Of a stretch of 64,000 nucleotides of DNA, positions 51,065 through 59,329 are shown piece by piece. This DNA comes from a virus: positions 40,737-104,736 of the IMG/VR virus record IMGVR_UViG_3300043444_000523. One strand, 5' to 3'. The translations under genes were made by a program, and so were the position numbers. The stretch's first letter is position 1, and every line of letters begins with the position of its first letter. Below the pieces are notes generated by a model. The model was given only the letters and a program-made list of their open reading frames with translations, was not told where the DNA came from and did not search any database.

Positions 51065-52579
51065 ATGTCGGCACTTATCGATAAATTCAAAGCAGCCAGA
51101 AGGGCTTCTGCCCCGTTGATTGCGATCACCACGCCGGACTATCCGGCAACGGAGAGAAACATCTGCGCATGCATGAACGGAGTCCATAAGATTCGATGGG
51201 ACATCATTCGAGGATATGGCGCACTCAACGACGAAGGCCGAGAGGCGATGGAGAAAATCGGCCTTGATTCAGAGAATGTTGTCGCGCGAACCGGGAACCC
51301 AGCAGAGGCTTTGTCTCTGGCACTTGAACTCCCTGAAGACTCTGTTCTGTTCTTTCACAATGCACAACGGTACTTACAGAATGAGGCCGTGTGTCAGGCG
51401 ATCTTGAACTTACGAGACCCGTTCAAGAATCCTCGCCGGACTCTGGTAATGCTGGCCGTGGACATTTCGCTTCCATCGGAGTTGTCCCAGGACGTTTTGG
51501 TTCTTGACGAGCCATTGCCGGATCGTGAGCGGCTGAAGGCAATTGCCTTGGACTGCTACAAGTCGATCAACACCGAGCTCGACAACAAGAAGATGCCGAA
51601 GCTGCCTGATCCAGACAAGGACGCTCTTGAGTTGATTGCAGACTCTCTTGTCGGGCTCTCTGAATTCCCATCGGAGCAGATCGTGTCCATGAGCCTGAGC
51701 AAGTCTGGCATGGATACGCCGTCTCTGTGGGAGAGGAAGTACAAGACGATTGAGCAGACTCCAGGCTTGAAGGTTAATCGCAGCAAAGAGACTTTTGAAG
51801 ACATCAGCGGCATGGACCAGATCAAGAAGCGAATGCAGCGTGTCTTCAAGGGGCTGAAACGATGGAGATGCATCTTCTGGATGGATGAAGTCGAGAAGAT
51901 GCTTGCTGGTGCTACTGGGGCGATTGGAGACAGTTCAGGAACAAGCCAGTATGGCCTTGGGAAAATCCTGACCGAGATGCAGGAAAACCAGTGGGACGGA
52001 ATCATTGGCGTTGGCCCAGGTGGAAGCGGCAAGAGCCTGTTGGCCAAAGCCCTTGGCAACACATTTGAGATACCGACGTTTATCTTTGATATTGGAGCAA
52101 CACAAGCATCGCTCGTAGGTCAGAGCCAAGCCAATATCAATGCGGCCATGAAAGTCGCCAAAGCGATGGCTGGCGACGGTGTGTTTTGGGTTGCCACATG
52201 CAACAAGATCGAATCTCTTCCGCCTGAACTGAAGCGTAGATTCTCAAAAGGAATCTATTACTTCGACATTCCCGACGATGAAGAGAAGTCGCTTCTTTGG
52301 AAGATGTACATCAAGAAGTACAACCTGCCGGAGCAGAAGATTCCAAGCGACGAAGGCTGGACTGCGGCAAACGTGGCTTCGTGCTGCCGAAGCGCGTGGG
52401 AAGAACAGTGTTCGCTTTTGGAAGCCGGTGAGTCCATCATTCCGATCACCAAGAGCGACCCGGAAGGGCTGGCGAAACTGCGAACGATGGCCAATGGGAG
52501 GTTCTTGAGTGTCAACCGGCCAGGAGCGTACTCTATGGCCAAGACCGAGAAGAAGTCCAACCGTAAAATCGAAGTATAA
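51065..52579 (+). CDS. Ycf46-like AAA+ ATPase with rearranged motif order
   Basis: Degenerate N-terminal AAA; Walker B IFWMDEVEK precedes Walker A GPGGSGKS; sensor 1 VATCN; LPPELKRRF. Confidence 0.85.
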   Translation: MSALIDKFKAARRASAPLIAITTPDYPATERNICACMNGVHKIRWDIIRGYGALNDEGREAMEKIGLDSENVVARTGNPAEALSLALELPEDSVLFFHNAQRYLQNEAVCQAILNLRDPFKNPRRTLVMLAVDISLPSELSQDVLVLDEPLPDRERLKAIALDCYKSINTELDNKKMPKLPDPDKDALELIADSLVGLSEFPSEQIVSMSLSKSGMDTPSLWERKYKTIEQTPGLKVNRSKETFEDISGMDQIKKRMQRVFKGLKRWRCIFWMDEVEKMLAGATGAIGDSSGTSQYGLGKILTEMQENQWDGIIGVGPGGSGKSLLAKALGNTFEIPTFIFDIGATQASLVGQSQANINAAMKVAKAMAGDGVFWVATCNKIESLPPELKRRFSKGIYYFDIPDDEEKSLLWKMYIKKYNLPEQKIPSDEGWTAANVASCCRSAWEEQCSLLEAGESIIPITKSDPEGLAKLRTMANGRFLSVNRPGAYSMAKTEKKSNRKIEV

Positions 52580-52588
52580 GGAGAACCC

Positions 52589-52903
52589 ATGCCTTGCTGG
52601 ACAATTCAGACAAACACGCTTGACCTGAAAGTGGCCAACAAAGGGCTACTTGGGAAAGCACTTGAATCGCTTGGGTACAAGCCGACAATGCTACAAGACG
52701 GCTCTCTCGTGTTCATGCACGAAGGGCGACAGGTCAAGATCATGGACGGGAAGATCGAGGTTCCTGTTGGCAAAGAGAGCATCGTTGACAAAATCAAAGC
52801 AGCCTACTCAACCGAAGTCCTGAAGTACGCCTCGCAGAAATTCGGATGGTCCATGACCAAGGGCAAGAAAGAGAACACCTACAACATATCCAGGAGGTTC
52901 TAA
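52589..52903 (+). CDS. DUF1257-like protein
   Basis: LLGKALESLGY...IKAAYS...QKFGW; typical neighbour of Ycf46-like ATPases. Confidence 0.55.
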   Translation: MPCWTIQTNTLDLKVANKGLLGKALESLGYKPTMLQDGSLVFMHEGRQVKIMDGKIEVPVGKESIVDKIKAAYSTEVLKYASQKFGWSMTKGKKENTYNISRRF

Positions 52904-53115
52904 TGTTTGGCAAGATTGACGTGATGGAGTGTGAGATTCTCGCGGACGGAACGATCAAGACGGCAACTGATTCTGTGTCGCCAGCAAACCACAGATCAGC
53001 CGATGAGTTCTTGGAAATGATCACCAAGCTGACTGGCGGCGCTGTCGCCAACATTAGGAAGCCAGGCCACGAAGGCCACTTGCATCAACATGGCGGAGTC
53101 TGGCATAAGCATTGA
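52903..53115 (+). CDS. DUF2997-like small protein with a His-rich tail
   Basis: EILADGTIKT motif; position in the cluster; GGAGG RBS. Confidence 0.5.
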   Translation: MFGKIDVMECEILADGTIKTATDSVSPANHRSADEFLEMITKLTGGAVANIRKPGHEGHLHQHGGVWHKH

Positions 53116-53172
53116 ACTAAAGCCGTGTTGGCTTTAGATGTTGTTAGTTGTTTCTAAACGGGAGTGCTGGAA

Positions 53173-54060
53173 ATGACTGGATCAATTGCGGAAAACTCGA
53201 TTTGTCTGGCACTTGATGTCAAGTGCATAGGCAACAGCCGAAAACTTCGTGACGACCAGATCGAAGTTGAGGCCGACAAGGAAATGATCAAAGCGGCCAA
53301 GAAGCTGCTTGATGCGCCAGAACTTGACGCGATCAAGTCTCTGGATGCCGAGATGCGGAATTGGCTTGGCAAGCGGGCATTGCCAAGCATGTTCAAGAGC
53401 GGCATCTACCTGATCCCAATATCCCTGGTGCAAGACGTTGATGCGAAACTGCAAGAGTACCAGGAGAATCGATCTGGGAAAGTGCAGTCCTTCGTTTCGT
53501 CATACGAGAGGATCAAGGCCGACGCACAGCAGCGTCTCAATGGGGTCTACAATGAAAAGGACTACCCAAGCGCCGAGAAGGTCGAACAGCTTTTCAGTGT
53601 CAAGTCAAGTTATGTGACGTTCGGCACACCGGCTGCACTTCAGCAAATCTCATCTTCTCTATGGGAGAGAGAGAAAGAAAAGGCCGAAAAGCAGTGGAAA
53701 GAGGCCGGAGAAGAAATCCGCATCGTCCTTCGTGAAAGCATGAAGAAGCTGGTCGATCACATGGTCGAACGGCTTGCAAGCACGGAAGACGGCAAGCCGA
53801 AGATTTTCCGAGACTCTCTGATTGGTAACATGCAAGAGTTCTTAGAACTGTTCAATGCACGGAACATCACCGGAGACGCCGAACTTGAGGAATTGGCCAA
53901 CAAAGCCAAGGCTATCATGAAAGGCGCTGACCCGTCCAAGATTCGCGCCAGCACGGACACGAGAGAGACCATCAAGAACGCCTTTGAATCTATCAAAGCC
54001 AATCTCGACACGATGGTCATTGATCGGCCATCTCGACAAATCAAGATCGATGACGAGTGA
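53173..54060 (+). CDS. DUF3150-like protein
   Basis: KKLLD...YLIP...DYPS...KIFRDSLIGN..EFLELF..RNITGD.EL. Confidence 0.6.
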   Translation: MTGSIAENSICLALDVKCIGNSRKLRDDQIEVEADKEMIKAAKKLLDAPELDAIKSLDAEMRNWLGKRALPSMFKSGIYLIPISLVQDVDAKLQEYQENRSGKVQSFVSSYERIKADAQQRLNGVYNEKDYPSAEKVEQLFSVKSSYVTFGTPAALQQISSSLWEREKEKAEKQWKEAGEEIRIVLRESMKKLVDHMVERLASTEDGKPKIFRDSLIGNMQEFLELFNARNITGDAELEELANKAKAIMKGADPSKIRASTDTRETIKNAFESIKANLDTMVIDRPSRQIKIDDE

Positions 54061-54143
54061 AAGCTCCGCCGCGTAGGCGTACTCCCGGCTTGCGCGGTGC
54101 TTGTGGCCGCGCAAGTTTTTCTTGTTTACTAACTGGAGAACAA

Positions 54144-55124
54144 ATGATTAAAACTTCAAAATCACTGGCAAACAAGTTCAGGTCTACGGCCGAAAGGCTT
54201 ATCGAAAAGATCGAACACTTACGCCGACCAATGACTCAGAACTCCACGCCAAAGAGACAGAAAGAGTATTCGAGCAGGATCATCGATGCTGACAACCTTG
54301 ACCGATGCCGGTTGGCGCTTCTTGCATTGGCCTCTGCATGGGACAAAGGGGAAGTCCCATACGTCCTTGAAGGCGTGAAGACCAAAAATGAGGTCTTTGG
54401 TTTTGTTCGGCATGGGACAGAATCAAGAGGGTATTACAGCATCTACTCGACGCATAAATACGTCGATCAGACCGAGGCTGGTAAAGCAATACAATCCATG
54501 CTTGAGAAGTACATCGGTGAGAATGATGCCGATAGACAAGAAGCAATCAAGAAAGAGCGACAAATCAGTCGGCTTATCGACAAGGTTCGATTTGCCGATA
54601 TTCCTTCGTTCTTCCCAACTCCGCTCAGCGTCATCAATCTGATGCTCAAGGGAGCGGGTATTTCTCCAGGAATGAAAGTCCTTGAGCCATCGGCAGGCAT
54701 AGGGAGCATCGTTGACGAAATATCCAAGATCGTCGGGGAAGGAAACATCACAGCAGTTGAGAAGGTTCAATGCCTTGTGGACGTTCTCAACACGAAGGGG
54801 AATTGCAAAGTTGTTTGTGATGACTTCCTTACCGTTGATGGTCTTGGCCTGTTTGACAGGATCGTCATGAATCCTCCTTTCGAGAACATGCAAGACATAA
54901 GCCATGTAATGAGGGCATGGGAGATGCTTTCAAGTGATGGAATTCTTGTCTCAATCATGTCGGCATCACCGTTTTTTAGGTCAAACACTGCCGCCGAGAC
55001 ATTCAGGAATTTCCTTGAAGCGAATTACGCTACTGTTGTCGATCTCCCTCAAGATTCATTCAAAGGTGGAGGCGTATTCAGGACTACTGGCGTTTCTTGC
55101 AAGATGATCGTTCTGAGGAAGTAA
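54144..55124 (+). CDS. N6-adenine methyltransferase, gamma-type order
   Basis: FFPTP, VLEPSAGIG, FDRIVMNPPF. Confidence 0.85.
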   Translation: MIKTSKSLANKFRSTAERLIEKIEHLRRPMTQNSTPKRQKEYSSRIIDADNLDRCRLALLALASAWDKGEVPYVLEGVKTKNEVFGFVRHGTESRGYYSIYSTHKYVDQTEAGKAIQSMLEKYIGENDADRQEAIKKERQISRLIDKVRFADIPSFFPTPLSVINLMLKGAGISPGMKVLEPSAGIGSIVDEISKIVGEGNITAVEKVQCLVDVLNTKGNCKVVCDDFLTVDGLGLFDRIVMNPPFENMQDISHVMRAWEMLSSDGILVSIMSASPFFRSNTAAETFRNFLEANYATVVDLPQDSFKGGGVFRTTGVSCKMIVLRK

Positions 55125-55171
55125 ACGCCGAAAGGCACTGCGCCTGACAGGTTTCAGGCAGGAGAAGCGAA

Positions 55172-55834
55172 ATGAATCTTTTGCCAGTGAATCTTGGGCC
55201 ACTTGCCGACCTGACATCGGAAGCAGGGAAGTTTGCACTGTCTGGAGTTCGTATCGAATTCAAGGATGACAAATACGAAGCCGAGGCCACGGATGCCAAA
55301 ATCTTGGCCACGATTGAGGGAGTCTGCGAAGACCCCAAAGACTATCCGGCAATTCCGGCACTGGAACTTGCGCCCAATGGGAAGTCGGTGTGCCTTGTGC
55401 CAGCGGCCCTTTGGCGAGATGCCTTCGCCACTGCCAAGAAGGTCACGAAGGCCAGACACATGAAGCCGATCCTCAAGAACAACGCCATCAAGATCGGCGA
55501 GTACGACGTTACATTCGCGGCCACGGACTTGGAGAAGTCGCCGGTCACTTCAGGGAAGCAATTGGAAGGGCGATACCCGCCGACGAAAGAGGTTTACCCG
55601 AAGAGCGACCACAAGAAGATGGTCAAACTCCGGCTCAAATCAGAAGACCTAATTCGGCTTGTCAAGGCTTCTCAAATTGTCGATGAAGTCGTTACGGTCA
55701 CGATCTTCCACGGCAGCTACAATTGCGTCTTGATGGAGGCCGAATCGACCAGCCAGAAGTTCAAAGGGCTGATCTTCCCGGCGTCAATCAGGAAGTTCGA
55801 CGCCGAAGAAAAACTGCAACAAGTCATGGACTAA
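55172..55834 (+). CDS. DNA polymerase III beta-clamp-like protein (short)
   Basis: ALSGVRIEF...AEATDAKIL, FAATDLE, LEGRYPP. Confidence 0.6.
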   Translation: MNLLPVNLGPLADLTSEAGKFALSGVRIEFKDDKYEAEATDAKILATIEGVCEDPKDYPAIPALELAPNGKSVCLVPAALWRDAFATAKKVTKARHMKPILKNNAIKIGEYDVTFAATDLEKSPVTSGKQLEGRYPPTKEVYPKSDHKKMVKLRLKSEDLIRLVKASQIVDEVVTVTIFHGSYNCVLMEAESTSQKFKGLIFPASIRKFDAEEKLQQVMD

Positions 55835-55840
55835 TTCCAG

Positions 55841-55882
55841 TTGCAAACAGTGGCGATGTGTGTATAGTAAACACATATCGCC
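55841..55882 (+). promoter_or_regulatory. Promoter with an overlapping inverted repeat
   Basis: TTGCAA-16 nt-TATAGT; GGCGATGTGTGT/ACACATATCGCC flanks the -10 box. Confidence 0.5.
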
Positions 55883-56091
55883 TCCTCCAAGGAGAAGGCT
55901 GTGAATGAACTTCTGAAGCAAGTGATTTCAAGGTTTGAGACGGGGCCGCAAGAGTCCCAAACAGTCTATGTCCAACAGCCGGAGCCGCGCACCGAGTCTG
56001 ATCGGACATGGTTTGTGGCCGGAATGGTTACAGCCGGTGCAATCTGCGTAGGATTGTTCGGCTTGGCACTGTGCGCGTTTACTGAAAAGGA

Positions 56092-56688
56092 ATGACCATG
56101 CGACTTGAACAGCTTGAATCCCGCGAAACTCCATCGATCACGATGACGCACGAGGGCGAAACCTATGGCCGGATCACCATCCAAGGAGATGCGGCCAACG
56201 ACCGAATCATGTTGACCGACTACGGCAACGGTCGGTTTGTTCTGAACGGGGTCCGGCACGATTACGGGATGCCGCTGGATTTCAAAATCTGCGGCGGCAA
56301 AGGCAATGACACGATCCGCGTCTCGTCAAAGTCATTCTGCTGGATCGAAGGCCAGGACGGAAACGACACGATCTACGGCGGGAGCGGCGATGACCTTTTG
56401 TACGGAGGAAGCGGCCGAGACTCCCTCTACGGCGGATACGGAGACGATTATCTTCAGGGCGGCGACGACAACGACTATCTGAACGGTGGGGCCGGAGATG
56501 ATTACCTGAGCGGCGGCAGAGGGGCAGATACTCTCTACGGCGGCTACGGGATCGACACGATTGGAATCTGGATTGGCCAGACTGGGCCAGCGGACAAGTT
56601 CTACTTCGCGCCCAATGATTACTCGTTGTGGTTCAGGAAGGACGGCACTTCGACTTCGCCGTTCTATCTCCAAACGGCTTTTGAATAG
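56092..56688 (+). CDS. Planctomycete-signal protein with RTX-type Ca-binding repeats
   Basis: MRLEQLESRETPS N-terminus; about eight GGxGxD-type nonapeptides. Confidence 0.85.
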   Translation: MTMRLEQLESRETPSITMTHEGETYGRITIQGDAANDRIMLTDYGNGRFVLNGVRHDYGMPLDFKICGGKGNDTIRVSSKSFCWIEGQDGNDTIYGGSGDDLLYGGSGRDSLYGGYGDDYLQGGDDNDYLNGGAGDDYLSGGRGADTLYGGYGIDTIGIWIGQTGPADKFYFAPNDYSLWFRKDGTSTSPFYLQTAFE

Positions 56689-56696
56689 GAGACGCA

Positions 56697-57776
56697 ATGA
56701 AGCCTTTAACACGATCTGAGGAATATCTGTTTTCGCTGTGCGATTCGACGGCCACAACGGTTACTGCTCAAAGGGCCGCGATCAAACGATCCGGGCTTAC
56801 CGGAATGACGGCGAAACAGGTTGAGAAAATCCAGCGGGAGAACTGGAATAAGACCAAAAAGTCAAACCCAGGAGTCCCGATATTTGTTCTGGCTGCTAGA
56901 TACAGTGATTGTCCAGACTGGGAGCGCAGGACGCCAAGAGGGACTCCGGCTGGAGAAATACTTTACAGCAGTGGCCTGATGTATCATGTGTACAATTCCA
57001 TCGACTGGGAGCGTTTAAGGAAACATCAGTGCGGAGAATCAGTGGCTTTTGGCGCTCGAATCCGAGAGAAGACAAACGACAAGACCGGCTGGGATCGAGT
57101 TGTTTGGAGATACGCAGATTATGGATTGGTTCTTTCTCCATGCCGTAAGAAGGTGGCTGTTTCCACAAAGGAAGGGGAGTGGAAGATAAGCCCGTACTGG
57201 CGCGGCTATTTCAAAGCCAATGGCAGAGTTTTTTGCGATGATCAGAGATATAGAAGTAGCTTTCCAACTGGATATTCCGTCCGCCTTCGTGACTGCTTGA
57301 GAATCTTGCTCAACGCCGGATTTAAGGCATATCTGACGCGACAGACACCAGAGCAGATCGCAACCGGGTCAGGCGAGCGCGGGCGGACTGGCGAATTGGT
57401 TCTTGTCGTGGATTTTGGGAAGCACGGGTTTTACCACGCCTTTGCGAACAGATGGATTGTTCGTGCTGTAGCCGCAGCACTGAAGGCACGAGAGGAAGAA
57501 TACGAGCAGAAAGAGCTAGACGCATTGCTTGCCAGAGATGCGGCCAACATCCATGTTTGTTACGCCGACTCCATCAAAGCTGGCAACTGTCCGGCTGGAA
57601 CGGAAAAGTTTGGCGAGCAACACGGCCTGGATCGCAAGCGGCATTACACCGCGAAAGAGCTCCTAGAAATCAGCAATGGCAGCACGCGATTCGTCCGGGC
57701 AGCGGTGCTCACGGCACTGCGCCGGGAACGCCGTGAAATGGCACAAGGGTTCTCTGTATTGGCAGACCATCGATAA
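56697..57776 (+). CDS. Hypothetical protein
   Basis: 359-aa ORF, AGGAG RBS, DSIKAGNCPAGT motif. Confidence 0.7.
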   Translation: MKPLTRSEEYLFSLCDSTATTVTAQRAAIKRSGLTGMTAKQVEKIQRENWNKTKKSNPGVPIFVLAARYSDCPDWERRTPRGTPAGEILYSSGLMYHVYNSIDWERLRKHQCGESVAFGARIREKTNDKTGWDRVVWRYADYGLVLSPCRKKVAVSTKEGEWKISPYWRGYFKANGRVFCDDQRYRSSFPTGYSVRLRDCLRILLNAGFKAYLTRQTPEQIATGSGERGRTGELVLVVDFGKHGFYHAFANRWIVRAVAAALKAREEEYEQKELDALLARDAANIHVCYADSIKAGNCPAGTEKFGEQHGLDRKRHYTAKELLEISNGSTRFVRAAVLTALRRERREMAQGFSVLADHR

Positions 57777-57797
57777 TCGGCGCATTTCGCGCCTATT
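57775..57797. repeat. 23-bp palindrome, copy 11
   Basis: AATCGGCGCATTTCGCGCCTATT, identical to copy 7; overlaps the TAA of 56697..57776. Confidence 0.92.
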
Positions 57798-57824
57798 ATT
57801 CAAACTCAGCAAAGGGAGCATTAG

Positions 57825-59318
57825 ATGAAGTCCATCGAAATCCAGAATAGCAAAGCCGTCCAAAACCTGACACTGCCTTGGCCGGATAATGGCGGGCTGG
57901 TTGTCCTGAGAGGCTACAACGGTGCAGGCAAGAGCGACACATTGGAAGCCGTCGATGTTCTGCTTGGCGGCGAAGGGAAACTTGAGCGAACGGACGGGAA
58001 GCCGGTTGGCAAGGTCGAAGGCCTCGGACGCACAATCCGAATCACTGCCGCTGGCGCTCGAAAGTCTGGCGCTCTGGAAGTCAACACGCTGGAAGACAAC
58101 ATCGGCATCGGAGACCTGATTGATCCGAAGGAGAAGTCGCCAGCCGCCGCTGATCGAAAAGCCATGAAGGCACTTCTGCGAATCCTCAAAGTCAAAGCAG
58201 ACCCAGAAAAGTTCTTCCCATTAGTCGGAGGCGAAGAAGAGTTTCGCAAGCTGGTGAATCCTGAAGTGTTCATCCAGAGCGACATCGTGACAATGGCCGC
58301 GATGGTAAAGCGGGACATTGAACAAGCGGCACGACGGTCGGAGCAGACCGAGAAGAACCATCGCCAGGACGCAGCAGCAGAACTCAAGGCCGCAAACGGC
58401 ACAGACCTTTCTTTACCAGACGATCCCAAGGTTCTGCACGAAGAACTTGAGCGAGCAACGCGAAGGCGAGAGGAACTCAAGCAGCAGGAGTCGGCGGCTA
58501 TCAGGTCCAGGTCCGAAATCGACAAGGCGAAAGCAGAGTTACAGAAGGCCAAGGAGTCCTATCGTGGCCCAACTGTTGAAGAGGCCAAATCTGCTGCCGA
58601 AGAAGCAAAGACGATGCTTCAAGCGGCAAAGCAGCGTGTCGAGGATGCCCAACGTGCTCTTGATGAGGCCAAGCTGAATCTGGCACATGCCAACTCGGCA
58701 TACACGACTTCCGATCAGGCACACAAGAACGCAGAGGCGTATGAAAGCCTCTGCCAGAAGTGGCAGAACGCTCTGGATAACACAGCAATTATTGAGCCGC
58801 CTTCCGATGCCGACTTGGCTGGCTCGCTGTTGCTACTTGAGAAGGCAAGGGAAGCGGTCGATGCCGGGGTAAAGGTCCGCATGGCCAAGATACACAAAGC
58901 CAAGGCTGAAGAATTGAATGCGAAAGCGAATCAAGAGTCCGCAAACTCTGAAATGTTCCGCAATGCGGCCAAGGGGACAGAGAAAGTCCTGTCTGAGATT
59001 CTCCAGGAAAGCGGCGGGCCAATCAAAGTCACTTCGGACGACAAAGACGAGCTTCGGCTTGTGTACACCGAGCATAAACGCGGCGAAGTGTTCTTGTCCG
59101 ATCTTTCGCACGGCGAACGGACGGCATTGATTGTGCCAATGGTCATCAAGGCTGTCGGACCAGGAGGCGGATTCACGCTTCCTCAAACGTATTACGAGTC
59201 TCTTCAGCCGAGCAAGAAAAAAGAGCTGGCCAAGATGCTTGATGGCAGCGGCGTATGCTGTTACACGGCTGAGTCGGCAGACTGTGACATCAAGGCAGTA
59301 GTCGTATCAGAACAATAA
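57825..59318 (+). CDS. SMC/Rad50-like ABC ATPase with coiled coil
   Basis: MKSIEIQN, Walker A GYNGAGKS, long coiled coil, LSHGE signature; Walker B not recognisable. Confidence 0.75.
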   Translation: MKSIEIQNSKAVQNLTLPWPDNGGLVVLRGYNGAGKSDTLEAVDVLLGGEGKLERTDGKPVGKVEGLGRTIRITAAGARKSGALEVNTLEDNIGIGDLIDPKEKSPAAADRKAMKALLRILKVKADPEKFFPLVGGEEEFRKLVNPEVFIQSDIVTMAAMVKRDIEQAARRSEQTEKNHRQDAAAELKAANGTDLSLPDDPKVLHEELERATRRREELKQQESAAIRSRSEIDKAKAELQKAKESYRGPTVEEAKSAAEEAKTMLQAAKQRVEDAQRALDEAKLNLAHANSAYTTSDQAHKNAEAYESLCQKWQNALDNTAIIEPPSDADLAGSLLLLEKAREAVDAGVKVRMAKIHKAKAEELNAKANQESANSEMFRNAAKGTEKVLSEILQESGGPIKVTSDDKDELRLVYTEHKRGEVFLSDLSHGERTALIVPMVIKAVGPGGGFTLPQTYYESLQPSKKKELAKMLDGSGVCCYTAESADCDIKAVVVSEQ

Positions 59319-59329
59319 AAGGAGAACCC

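Noticed and set aside
206-57797. Palindrome copies as a CRISPR array
   Set aside because: Copies are mostly kilobases apart with no regular spacers; no cas genes seen
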